IMG/VR virus record: IMGVR_UViG_3300031949_000053
Span: 1 to 52,622 of that record
Source of the DNA: a virus
Lineage: Duplodnaviria > Caudoviricetes
Direction: 5' to 3' (one strand)
Length of the DNA: 52,622 nt
Shown here: one piece after another, positions 27,794 to 36,835 of the stretch
How positions within the stretch are numbered: position 1 is the stretch's first letter
Layout of the letters: every line of letters begins with the position of its first letter
The notes under the pieces: model-generated
Seen by the model: only the letters and a program-made list of their open reading frames with translations
Told to the model about the DNA's origin: nothing
The model's database searches: none
Translations under genes and position numbers: made by a program

Positions 27794-28003
27794 GTCAGCG
27801 GTCTCCGAGCATGTCGTGGGCGATATCGGCCAGGTCGCCCATGCACTCCGGGGACCGGCAGAAGGGTTCGAGGTTGTTGCGCGTCCCGACGGCCCCGCAC
27901 CGGGGGCAGGTATCGTCCGATTCTGCGCGCACATCATCCTCCTCGGGTTCGTCGTGCCCATAATGGGGTGTTCGGTTAACGCTGTCAAGCATCAGTTTGC
28001 GGC

Positions 28004-28477
28004 TCACCCGCCGTCCCTCCCCCCAACGCTTCTCGGGTTCGGCTCGAAGCCCGGACAGTCCTCGTCGCGTCGCTTGCCGCCCGTGTACCACGTCCGGCGG
28101 CACTTTCTCGGAGCATCAACCCATTGCTCGTTGTGGCAGTAGACGGCGTGCTCCTCGACGCGATGGCCGAAGGCGCATGGCTGGTCGAAGCCACACGCAC
28201 GCGGCTCGGCAAGTATCTCCACAACGTTCGGCATCGCGCCGCCCTCTGGCTCGATGAACTTCTCGTAGCGGAGTCCGAATCTCTCGGCGATCCACCTCGA
28301 CGGTTCGTCGGAATCCATCAGCGCGCGCCATTCGTCATGGTCAAGCGCCTCCACCCGATAGCCGGGGCAGTGCCGCAGTATGAAGTCGCCCGAGGACGGT
28401 AGCCGCTCACCCCATCCCCGGGGACCGCACCTCGCTGGGTCCGGATCGAACGCCACCCAGAATACCCCGTCACTCAT
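28004..28477 (-). CDS. Hypothetical protein
   Basis: ORF MSDGVFWV... with Cys-rich C-terminus. Confidence 0.45.
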   Translation of the reverse strand: MSDGVFWVAFDPDPARCGPRGWGERLPSSGDFILRHCPGYRVEALDHDEWRALMDSDEPSRWIAERFGLRYEKFIEPEGGAMPNVVEILAEPRACGFDQPCAFGHRVEEHAVYCHNEQWVDAPRKCRRTWYTGGKRRDEDCPGFEPNPRSVGGRDGG

Positions 28478-28512
28478 GGTCCCTCTTCCCAACAGCCGCC
28501 GGATAGAGCAGG

Positions 28513-28959
28513 TCAGTCCTCCCGTGTGGTGTGGGCGCTCGCCTCGCGGTCCTCGTGGCACTGGAGGTCGCCCCGCGCCTCGCGCCAGTCTGCGGCGGTC
28601 GGCCCCTCTGGCTGCTCCTCCTCGGCGGCTTCGAGGTCCCTGTGCGCATCCTCCATCTCCGTCATCGCCCGCTCGGCCTCACGCAACGCCTCGGGCGGGA
28701 GTCCCGCGAGTTCGCACAGTTTCCGGTGACTGATTTCCTGCCGAATCCAGCGCGGTAGGTTCTCTGCCATCGCGACCAAGCCCGCGTGCGTCGAGCGACG
28801 ATACCACTCGTTCGACGCTTCGGCGTCCCCGCAGCGACGCACCAAGTCGGCCACGATATCCCACACCTCCCGGTAAGCCCATGACCTGATTGGTCCCCAC
28901 CCGATGCGGCGCTCTACCTCAGCCCGCTCCTCCTCGGACAGCGGACGCGGCGCGCTCAC
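28513..28959 (-). CDS. Hypothetical protein
   Basis: Coupled 148-aa ORF. Confidence 0.5.
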   Translation of the reverse strand: MSAPRPLSEEERAEVERRIGWGPIRSWAYREVWDIVADLVRRCGDAEASNEWYRRSTHAGLVAMAENLPRWIRQEISHRKLCELAGLPPEALREAERAMTEMEDAHRDLEAAEEEQPEGPTAADWREARGDLQCHEDREASAHTTRED

Positions 28960-29174
28960 TTGCGCACCTTCCCTTTCGTGCGGGGCAGCGGTCGCACCTC
29001 TACCCGGATGATGCGGTCACCGAAGCCGCACCACAATGCCCGTTCCGCGTCGGGGCGGCTAGTGAAGACGAAGAGGCGATTGTCCTCGTCCCCAAAGGGT
29101 TCTTGGTCGGGATGCGCCTCGTCAATCACCGCCCATCCCGTCCACGGCTTCGGTGCCTTCGGCGTGCGGCTCAT
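28956..29174 (-). CDS. Hypothetical protein
   Basis: Coupled 72-aa ORF with GGAG RBS. Confidence 0.55.
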   Translation of the reverse strand: MSRTPKAPKPWTGWAVIDEAHPDQEPFGDEDNRLFVFTSRPDAERALWCGFGDRIIRVEVRPLPRTKGKVRK

Positions 29175-29614
29175 CGGCTCCCCCGGATGTCACAGGCGAT
29201 ATCGCGGGCGATGCGGAGCGAGTCGGAGGCGGTCGCGTCGCGGAGCAGTTGCGCGCACATCGTCCGACGCCCCGCGATCTCCTCGTCCCGTCCCGCGCTG
29301 TCCATGACCATCAGGCCGCCAGTAACGAAGGCCACCGTACACGCTGCCAACAGCAGCGCGAAGCAGAACTTGAGGATGTCGGCCGCCAGCTCGGCGATGG
29401 CGGCACACGCCGCGCACCGATACAGCGTCATCCATTGGCCGTCAGCCAGCGCCGTCACTCGGCAACAGCGCGATCCCGTAGGGATGGGGTTGCCGCACTC
29501 GACGCAGGCGTGGACGACCTTCGTGCGCCCCACGCGCGCCTCGCGCCAGATGGTCGCCGCATCACCGTCGTAGTCCGGGTCATAGCCATAGGTCCCGCAC
29601 CCGCACGTGCTCAT
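29171..29614 (-). CDS. Zn-finger plus TM hypothetical protein
   Basis: CVEC and CAAC motifs followed by a hydrophobic helix. Confidence 0.55.
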   Translation of the reverse strand: MSTCGCGTYGYDPDYDGDAATIWREARVGRTKVVHACVECGNPIPTGSRCCRVTALADGQWMTLYRCAACAAIAELAADILKFCFALLLAACTVAFVTGGLMVMDSAGRDEEIAGRRTMCAQLLRDATASDSLRIARDIACDIRGSR

Positions 29615-31041
29615 CGGCTCCCTCCGTCCTGGGGCGTCCCCCGCGCAGGAACAGCGGGGTGCATACCACGGTAGCGGTCACCGGTGTCGACGTACCGCAC
29701 ACACATCGCCACCACTTGACGTAGCTCTGCAAGAACCTCCTCCTGTGCAGCGTCCGTCTTGATGGCGTCCCACAGCTCCTCAACTTCTTCGAGCAGGATG
29801 GTGTTCGTGAACTCGATGAGCGACCTGTTCCACGAGGCGCTGCCCGATGAGGTGATCCGCAAGGTGTTCACCGTCATGGCGATGGCAGGGCGACACACGT
29901 TCCAGGTGCTCACGAAGCGGCCGGGGCGCATGGCTGCCCTGGTGCCGACGTTCGCGGAGCGGAACACCGCGCTCGACGGGTCCGGCTGGCCGCTGCCGAA
30001 CGTCTGGCTCGGCGTCTCCTTCGGGGTGAGTGACCAGCGCGCGAGCACCGCACGAGCGATGTTGCGCGCGAACGGGCTGACGAGCGACTCGTCGATGTCC
30101 GGTCCAAACTCTGCGCGATCTATCACGCGGGCCACCTCGTCCTCGCTCGGTTCGGTGGGCAGGCGGGGCGCGGGGGACGAGGCGATGGCTTCGGCGGCAC
30201 GCTGTCGGGCCGCGATCCAGTCCGCGACAGGCATCATCGTCGGGGGCTCCCCCGCGACGTAGAACGGCATGAACCACATCCCGTCATGGAACTCGGCACC
30301 GATGGCCGCCGCGAGGTCGTCAAACCGCATCGCATCCTCCTTGGAAAGTCGGGGCGCGGGGGCGCGCAACAGGTTCCGGTGTCTCAGTACGGCGAGTACG
30401 TCGCCTGCCGCACATGCCGCCGTCGTTGCATCCGACGCCCATCCCTGTAGCGCCTCTTCGACGGCCCGCAAGACCAGCCGTGCGGCCTCTCCCGGCGGGA
30501 CCGCCCCGGACGACGGCGCGGGCGGGCAGACCTCGCCACATCCGCCGCAGCGACGGCAGGTGCTCCGATCGTTCACGTCTTCTCCGGTGCCCGCACAGCT
30601 CGCGCACATCTCCATCTTCGCTTCCTCCGGCGCGGACGCAGGGGAGGGGGGAACACTGTCCGGCATCCCGTGAGACACCGGGGCCTCCACCTGCGCCGCT
30701 GTCGGCGGCTCCCCAGACTCCACCGCCGCAAGAGCCCTAGTAACCCGGTCCATGTCCTCAAACGCCATACCACCACGGGCGAGCCATCCCCGTGCCGTGG
30801 CGGCGGCGAGCGCCCGCACCCGCGCCAGCTCCGCCTCCAGCCGCATCCGCCCGTCGTTGGCGACTCGTTGCTGGTAGGCCGTGACGCGCTCTATGTCGTC
30901 GCGCCATTCTTGTAGCCGCGCCAGCTCCGCCTCCAGCGATGCCACCCGAGTGAACAGGTCCAGCGCGTCGCCAAGCCCTCCAGCGGTGGCGTCGGCGCCC
31001 GCGGGACACTGCCAAGTAGTCGCTCCAGCCGGCTTCTTCAT
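29611..31041 (-). CDS. Mosaic protein (coiled coil, DnaJ-type CxxCxGxG repeats, MazG-like C-terminal helices)
   Basis: CASCAGTG and CRRCGGCG; C-terminal EEVEELWDAIK...ELRQVVAM. Confidence 0.5.
   Translation of the reverse strand: MKKPAGATTWQCPAGADATAGGLGDALDLFTRVASLEAELARLQEWRDDIERVTAYQQRVANDGRMRLEAELARVRALAAATARGWLARGGMAFEDMDRVTRALAAVESGEPPTAAQVEAPVSHGMPDSVPPSPASAPEEAKMEMCASCAGTGEDVNDRSTCRRCGGCGEVCPPAPSSGAVPPGEAARLVLRAVEEALQGWASDATTAACAAGDVLAVLRHRNLLRAPAPRLSKEDAMRFDDLAAAIGAEFHDGMWFMPFYVAGEPPTMMPVADWIAARQRAAEAIASSPAPRLPTEPSEDEVARVIDRAEFGPDIDESLVSPFARNIARAVLARWSLTPKETPSQTFGSGQPDPSSAVFRSANVGTRAAMRPGRFVSTWNVCRPAIAMTVNTLRITSSGSASWNRSLIEFTNTILLEEVEELWDAIKTDAAQEEVLAELRQVVAMCVRYVDTGDRYRGMHPAVPARGTPQDGGSR
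29800..30018 (+). pseudogene. Inverted fragment of a DUF5131 gene
   Basis: Encodes VFVNSMSDLFHE...HTFQVLTKRP...PLPNVWLG; 33-bp and 30-bp exact inverted matches to 33899-33931 and 33808-33837. Confidence 0.85.
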
Positions 31042-31361
31042 CTGTTCTTCCGTGTGAGTGTGGAGTAATTGATGAGCAGCTCTTGGCCCGCTCGCACAAA
31101 CCGCAAGACGCGCCCCGACGCTGTGACGTTCGGTGTAGCAGAATGGTTCAAGTACCATCCCAGCGAGGGGCAGAGTGTGCGTCGGGGAACCCAATATCTC
31201 CCGTGATCATACACGGCGTAGTGCCAACGTTGGCCCCTCGGCGCACGCCGCACCGCTCGATAGTCGCCCTCAGCAAAGAGACGGATTCGCATACCCCGAC
31301 GCAGGTCCGACGTACTGAAAACGCCGATGCCGTGAATTGCCGAGGAACGGAGGACTAGCAT
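31038..31361 (-). CDS. SET-domain protein (putative lysine methyltransferase)
   Basis: SAIHGIGVF (motif I), YLNHSATPN (NHS motif) and GQELLINY (ELxxxY). Confidence 0.85.
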   Translation of the reverse strand: MLVLRSSAIHGIGVFSTSDLRRGMRIRLFAEGDYRAVRRAPRGQRWHYAVYDHGRYWVPRRTLCPSLGWYLNHSATPNVTASGRVLRFVRAGQELLINYSTLTRKNR

Positions 31362-31662
31362 TCCGCCGCCGCATAGCGCCTAGCGTAATCCTCGTTCATG
31401 CTGTCTCCTCTCTGGCGAGCGCGCGCACCCGCGCCAGCTCCGCCCGCACCGAACCCAGATCGTCAGTGGTCATTCGACCGCCATCATCTCGGCGTACAGA
31501 TCCGGCGTCCGCTCGCCGCATGGCGCGGACGGCCGCCTCGAAGGCGCTAGCCACGGGCTAGCCGCTCCCCGGTCGGGCATCCGCATGTCTGGAACGCGCC
31601 GTCGCCCGGATAGGCCGGAATCTCGGTTGGCTTGCCACAGTCGGGGCAAGTGACGGTCTGGC

Positions 31663-31985
31663 TCATCCTTCCGCTCCTCTCAACCCTGCTTCCCCCGGCT
31701 CCACGCCCTCTTCGCGCGCCTTTGCTTCGATCGCCGCCAAGGCGTCGCACCACCCGAAGTAGCACGCCAGCTCCGCTGGCACCGAGCCCAGGTCGTCGTT
31801 CACGCAGTCTCCTCTCCGGCGAGCACCCGCGGGGCCGCCCAAAGTCCGAGTTCGTTGCACTTGGAGCACATGGCATTCCAGTACCCGTGCTTCTCGCACT
31901 GGGGCGACGCGATCAGCGCCTCGACCGCTGCCGCCAGCCGCTCCGGCGTGATCTCGCGACCCACGAAGTACCGCGTCGCGTTCAT
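31663..31985 (-). CDS. Cluster of small hypothetical proteins
   Basis: Short coupled ORFs, e.g. 31800-31985 with CEKH/CSKC. Confidence 0.35.
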
Positions 31986-32064
31986 CGTGCCGCCCCTCCG
32001 GTGAGTGCGTCACCCCACGAGACCGGGGGCGCGCTGCTGCCCGTCTCCGCTAGCTGCCAGTGCG

Positions 32065-32406
32065 TCATCGGGTCTCCTTGCGTGCGAGGACCGCCATCCG
32101 CTGGCAGAACACTGTGCGCTCTCCGTAGCCCTCTGCGTCCTCCGGCCAGCTATTGTGTCCGAGTCGAAGAACCATTGTCCGCGCGAGTTGGGGTGAGAGA
32201 TGGCCACGCCTGACTAGGTGTCCCTTTCCCCATGACTCGTCCACATTAGGGCTGTAGCCGATGGCCCAACAAATGCCGCGTCTCACTATCGCACGGTCGT
32301 CCTCGATACGGATGCCTTCTTCGAGGTGATGCGCGCGCCACCAGAACGCGGCGGCGAGCCAGTCCCACGCCTCAGCTTCTGGGCAACGCGCGTCCTGCTT
32401 CGTCAT
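32065..32406 (-). CDS. Hypothetical protein
   Basis: Coupled 113-aa ORF. Confidence 0.45.
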   Translation of the reverse strand: MTKQDARCPEAEAWDWLAAAFWWRAHHLEEGIRIEDDRAIVRRGICWAIGYSPNVDESWGKGHLVRRGHLSPQLARTMVLRLGHNSWPEDAEGYGERTVFCQRMAVLARKETR

Positions 32407-32604
32407 GGTGCGCTCCGGGGGACGAAGTTGTGATGCCCCTGCGCCTCAAGGGCCGCCGCCACCTCGTCGGCGCGCTCCCGTGCCGCGCGCTCCGTCTTGA
32501 AGCCTTCGGCGCGGATCGTGACGACGTACTCGCGCACCGCGTCGAAGCCTCCCAGTGCAGCGAAAGACGGGAAGTCCGTCTTGAACTTCAGACGCGTCGC
32601 GGTC

Positions 32605-33237
32605 TCAACTCGTTCCGTCATGGTGTCCGTCCTCCCCGCCAGGGGCGGGCAACAGGGGTCCCCACTGCTCCGCCATTGCGTCCGCGATGCCTTGATAGGT
32701 GCGTGAGCGGTTCTTCCAGCGATCCGGGCCGGGGGGCTCGCGATGCACTCGCGCCGTGCGACCCTCGACAACGTTCGTCGGCGTCAACTTCGGCAGTCCC
32801 TTGAGCCACAGGCACGTCGCCTTGACTTCGCCGTGGCCGAACTGCCAGGGCTGGATGATCTGGTCCGGCTTGCGGAGGCGCGTGCTGATGACCCCGACCG
32901 GGTTCTCGATGGCGATGCGCGGGACCGGCGCGTCCATCAGGGCGCGCACGAACGCCAGCGCCTCGGCCTGCTCGCGCGCCTTGTCCTTGAACCACCGCGC
33001 CCCGCTGACGGCCAGGTGCGTGCAGGGCGGGAAGGCGACCATCAGGTCCCATCGGTCGTACAGCACCGGGGTTGCGGACGGCCCGCCGCCGTAGACGACG
33101 TAGCGCAGGATGTCGCCTCGGATGTGTGGCCCCGGTCGCTCGCACGGCAGCAGGTCGCACGACCACGCATCATGACCCCGCGCCCGGAACGCATCGCGCA
33201 CGATGCCCGAAAACTCGCAGGCGACGAGGACTCTCAC
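32605..33237 (-). CDS. Phage DNA cytosine methyltransferase (short type)
   Basis: MRVLVACEFSG, FPPCTHL, IENPVG and RSRTYQGIADAMAEQWG motifs. Confidence 0.85.
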   Translation of the reverse strand: MRVLVACEFSGIVRDAFRARGHDAWSCDLLPCERPGPHIRGDILRYVVYGGGPSATPVLYDRWDLMVAFPPCTHLAVSGARWFKDKAREQAEALAFVRALMDAPVPRIAIENPVGVISTRLRKPDQIIQPWQFGHGEVKATCLWLKGLPKLTPTNVVEGRTARVHREPPGPDRWKNRSRTYQGIADAMAEQWGPLLPAPGGEDGHHDGTS

Positions 33238-33255
33238 GCGGGGCTCCCGGTGGGC

Positions 33256-34173
33256 TCAACCACGGGGCCACTCGCGCACCCGCAGGTCTTCGGGCCACTC
33301 CGCCGGGTCGGAGCCCTTCCGGTCCCGGAAGGCGCGACGCCAGCCGGGGAGCGTCTTGTTCTGTCGGGTGTCTACGTAGCAGTTGGAGCCCATCTGCTTC
33401 GTGAACACCGGCACGGCGGCATCGCGGCATTGGCGCACGATGTCGCGAAGCCACGCCACGTCGCACGGCCGCGCGTTGGGGCCGCTCTCGCCGCCGACGA
33501 TGACCCAGTGAAGCCCGCCCCAGAACACCGACCCCGTACAAGGCAGCGGAAACCGTACCGGACCCAGCAGAGGCTCGACGCTCAGGAATCGCACCGCCGC
33601 CGGGGTCTCCAGGAGGAGCGGGATGCGCTCGTCCGCCGCGCGCTGGTCCTCAACCGACGTGCCCAGCCAGACGTTCGGCAGCGGCTCGTTGTCGGCCCAC
33701 CGTGGCGCCGCCGCAAGGTCCGTCTCGCCGTGCAGGAGCAACGCGGCCGCCCGAGCCCACGCGAGCTTGCGCGCCGGCAGGTCCGCCATGTAATCCCGCA
33801 TCCGCGACGGCCGCTTCGTGAGCACCTGGAACGTGTGCCGCGGCGCGAGCGCCATCACCGCGAACACCCCGTCAATCGCCTCGTCCGGCAGCGCCTCATG
33901 GAACAGGTCGCTCATCGAGTTCACGAACACCCGGCGCGGCCGACGCCACCGGAGCGGATCGGTCAGGTGCTTCTCCACCAGCTCGACCTTGCCGGTCCAT
34001 CGCGCCGGATCGCGCGTGGCGAGCCCCTGATACGGCTCGCCCTCGCCGGAGAACCGCGCCGCGACGTGCATGGCGTAGCAGTGCCGGCAGCCCTCGGAGA
34101 CCTTCGAGCAGCCGCGCACGGGGTTCCAGGTCTGCTCGGTCCAGGCGATGCCGCCGCCGCGCTGGTCAGCCAC
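33256..34173 (-). CDS. DUF5131 (phage Gp37/Gp68) family protein
   Basis: IAWTEQTWNPVRGCSKVSEGCRHCYA, VNSMSDLFH, WVIVGGESG and FTKQMG motifs. Confidence 0.92.
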   Translation of the reverse strand: MADQRGGGIAWTEQTWNPVRGCSKVSEGCRHCYAMHVAARFSGEGEPYQGLATRDPARWTGKVELVEKHLTDPLRWRRPRRVFVNSMSDLFHEALPDEAIDGVFAVMALAPRHTFQVLTKRPSRMRDYMADLPARKLAWARAAALLLHGETDLAAAPRWADNEPLPNVWLGTSVEDQRAADERIPLLLETPAAVRFLSVEPLLGPVRFPLPCTGSVFWGGLHWVIVGGESGPNARPCDVAWLRDIVRQCRDAAVPVFTKQMGSNCYVDTRQNKTLPGWRRAFRDRKGSDPAEWPEDLRVREWPRG

Positions 34174-35236
34174 GGGGAGATCCCGCCAGCACGGCGTACA
34201 TCGGCCCGACCCGTTGCACCGCAAGGTCGGCATACGCGGGGTTCAGCTCGCAGAGGACCGCGCGCCGGCCGTGGCCAATGGCGACCGCACCGACCGTGCC
34301 GGAGCCCGCGAACGGATCGAGTACCGTGTCCCCGGGGGCCGAGCCCCCGAGGATACACAGCCGCGCCAACCTCTCTGGCATGACGGCAAAGTGTGCGCCC
34401 CGATACTGCGCCGGCGCGATCCACCAGACAGAGCGCAACCGCGCCCCACCGGCAACCTGTTCCGACCGCTCCATCTCATCCCACCGCTCGTTGAAGCCCT
34501 GGTGTCGGCGCGAGTGGCCCCGCTGCTTGTCGCGGAGCGCGCCCAGCCGCGCCTGTGTCTCGGGAAGCGCCTTGCGTCCTACTGCCTTCATCGGCTTGCC
34601 CTTGCGTCCACCGTTGCCACGATCCGACCCCGCCTGCGCCTCTACGTCCTGCGCCAGCCGCGTCTCCGTGCTGGGAGCGGGCGGCGTCCTCATCGCCTCG
34701 TTGTCGTAGTAATAGGTGCCCGACTTACTGAGCAGAAAGACGTGCTCATGCGATACGCTCGGCCGATCCGTGACACTCTCAGGCATCCCGTTAGGCTTCG
34801 CCCAGATGATGTCCGAGCGCAGATACCAGCCGTCGGCTTGGAGCGCGAAGGCCACCATCCACGGGATGCCAACCAAGTCTTTGTCCTTCCTCGGCGAGCG
34901 CCTCACGCCGCGCACGCCGAGACTGCCCTCGTTGCTCGCTTGCTTGATGTGCGGCGAGTCTCCGGGATTGCCGCCGCGACCGTCACCGCTGTAGGAGTCG
35001 CCGAGGTTGAGCCACAGCGTGCCGTCGTCGGCCAGCACCCGCCGCGCCTCGCGGAACACCGCGACGAGGTTAACCACGTACTCCTCCGGCGTCCGCTCAA
35101 GCCCGAGCTGGCCCGCGCAGCCGTAGTCCCGGAGCCCCCAGTAGGGCGGGCTCGTCACGACGCACCGCACCGACCGGGTGTCCAGTGTCGGGAGCGTCGC
35201 GCGCACATCCCCCACGAGGATCCGGCAGTCGCTCAT
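34166..35236 (-). CDS. DNA methyltransferase, N4/N6 family
   Basis: VTSPPY, HFAVMP and VLDPFAGSGT motifs. Confidence 0.92.
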   Translation of the reverse strand: MSDCRILVGDVRATLPTLDTRSVRCVVTSPPYWGLRDYGCAGQLGLERTPEEYVVNLVAVFREARRVLADDGTLWLNLGDSYSGDGRGGNPGDSPHIKQASNEGSLGVRGVRRSPRKDKDLVGIPWMVAFALQADGWYLRSDIIWAKPNGMPESVTDRPSVSHEHVFLLSKSGTYYYDNEAMRTPPAPSTETRLAQDVEAQAGSDRGNGGRKGKPMKAVGRKALPETQARLGALRDKQRGHSRRHQGFNERWDEMERSEQVAGGARLRSVWWIAPAQYRGAHFAVMPERLARLCILGGSAPGDTVLDPFAGSGTVGAVAIGHGRRAVLCELNPAYADLAVQRVGPMYAVLAGSPRG

Positions 35237-35405
35237 GGGGTGCCCGCCAGCGCGGGGGGCCGGGGGACGGCGGGACGGGACGATGTGCGCGCAGAATCCG
35301 TCACAATCCAACCTTTCGTCTGCGTGGGGGCGGCGGGTTCACAGCCCCAGCCCGCTCTCAGTCATCACCTGTCGGGTTGTGTGGCACCCCCACACGCTAA
35401 CCGCC

Positions 35406-35433
35406 AATCTACGCACCCGATAACGCCCGTCAA
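35406..35433 (-). promoter_or_regulatory. Leftward promoter TTGACG-N16-TAGATT
   Basis: One of five similar leftward elements; upstream of the methylase operon. Confidence 0.65.
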
Positions 35434-35500
35434 GCCCCGAAGTTTTCGCGTTTTCGGAAAATGCTAAGTCGTTACGCGGCAACGCCAAAAGCTACTACAA

Positions 35501-35576
35501 CGACAGTGTCGTGACAGTGTCTGGCCGTTCGGTGGATGGAGGTGTGGCACTTCTGTCGTGACAGTATCACGACACC
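35501..35576. promoter_or_regulatory. Cluster of TGTCGTGACA-type operator sites
   Basis: gacagtgtcgtgacagtgtc and ctgtcgtgacagtatcacgacac; same motif as the 7378 and 13687 spacers. Confidence 0.6.
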
Positions 35577-35819
35577 TTTTCTGGCTACCCCATTATCCGG
35601 GGCAGCTACACTGCGGGGGGCTGCGGGCATGGTGAGAACAGGACTTACACAAAACGGCGCGCACCCAAAAAACGACGGTCTGCCCCGGCCAGGTCGTCAG
35701 GGGTAGGACGGTGCCTGGACTTTTGGTTGTGGTGCGCGTTCATCCCGTTCTTTGGACGTGCCCCCGTTGGCGCGCCCCCGGATCAACGGTGTCAGAAGCC
35801 GGTTCTACCTATACTGACA

Positions 35820-35894
35820 TAGCTGGGGCGGGGGTCGAACCCGCATTGGGCCAGGTTATGGGCCTGGTGAGGTCGCCGTCCCTCCCCCACAGCG
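35820..35894 (-). tRNA. tRNA with CAT anticodon (Met; possibly initiator-like), CCA not encoded
   Basis: Anticodon arm CCAGG-CCCATAA-CCTGG; T-arm GCGGG-TTCGACC-CCCGC; acceptor CGCTGTG/CCCAGCT-A with a C1:T72 mismatch. Confidence 0.8.
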
Positions 35895-35918
35895 TCGGTA
35901 TCGCGTCCTACGCGCCCC

Positions 35919-36536
35919 TCAGAAGGGCAAACGCACCCGTACCGTACATCCATACCCCCCCACCACGTCCGGCCCTCTCAGGCCGTATCCCGCCGTGGCG
36001 CTCACGCCACAGGAGAGGCGAGGGGTGCGCGCGGACAGCGCTTCCCGGAGCAAGCGTTGGGCGATGGCGAGCTGCGCGTCCTTCGCCACCATAACCGTAT
36101 CGCGCCAATACCGCATCCGGCTCGCGAGCCACTGGATCATGGAGTCCTGCGACACGATAATGCGCGTAGCGGCATGACGTTCGGCGGTCAGGGATGCCCG
36201 CAGCATTCCCATTTGGGAATCAAACGGGCTCGGAGTCCCGAATTGGGTGCGATCGTTCCCTAAAGGGAATCTGGCGAGTGAATCTACCGCGCTGTCCGTT
36301 TGTGCGATAGCATCAAGTCTGTTTGCTCGTAACATACGATTATATGCCTGGAGTGCATCTTGTTTGATGCTATCGGCGGTGCGCTGGCTGTCAGCGACCG
36401 TCTTGAGGTCTCTAATAGACACCGCGAGCGAATCGGCCTGTTGCACGAGATGTGCAACACGGCTGTTTCCGGCAACGACCGAGTAGGTCAGGGTGACGCC
36501 GAGGACGAGCGCGAGGAGCCAGCCGGTCAGGCGCAC
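35919..36536 (-). CDS. Spanin-like protein (N-terminal TM, coiled coil, C-terminal beta-hairpin ending in Phe)
   Basis: Hydrophobic N-terminus, long ADSL-type coiled coil, GVSATAGYG...GYGCTVRVRLPF. Confidence 0.5.
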   Translation of the reverse strand: MRLTGWLLALVLGVTLTYSVVAGNSRVAHLVQQADSLAVSIRDLKTVADSQRTADSIKQDALQAYNRMLRANRLDAIAQTDSAVDSLARFPLGNDRTQFGTPSPFDSQMGMLRASLTAERHAATRIIVSQDSMIQWLASRMRYWRDTVMVAKDAQLAIAQRLLREALSARTPRLSCGVSATAGYGLRGPDVVGGYGCTVRVRLPF

Positions 36537-36835
36537 GGTATATCCGGGGTGCTCTTTGTGTCTCCAGCGGACACGGTGAGCACGTTGGATGTCTCATGGC
36601 AGCAGCCGTCGCAGGTATGCACCCCGCCATGCCCGACGTTGTGCGTGCAAATCCATTCGGGATGTCCGTCCTCGCCGTGGCGCGAGAAGTCTATGGCCCA
36701 CGGTGGCGGGTCGGGGGTGCCGGGCGGGAGGAGGACGGGCAGGTTCCGCTCACCGCGAGACCACCGTTTGTCGAGTTGGGCGCAGAGGCGGCGATACTCG
36801 CTTGCGCTCTGGGTTTTACGCCATGTGGTATTCAT
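36527..36835 (-). CDS. Hypothetical protein
   Basis: His/Cys-rich EWICTHNVGH...CDGCC. Confidence 0.5.
   Translation of the reverse strand: MNTTWRKTQSASEYRRLCAQLDKRWSRGERNLPVLLPPGTPDPPPWAIDFSRHGEDGHPEWICTHNVGHGGVHTCDGCCHETSNVLTVSAGDTKSTPDIPCA

Noticed and set aside
29168-29622. Repeated ctcatcggctcc at two gene junctions (about 29170 and 29610)
   Set aside because: Explained by RBS plus overlapping stop/start (GGAGCCGATGA); too short to call a mobile-element end
29800-33931. Diversity-generating retroelement TR/VR pair
   Set aside because: No reverse transcriptase is present, and the differences are mostly synonymous or indels rather than adenine-specific
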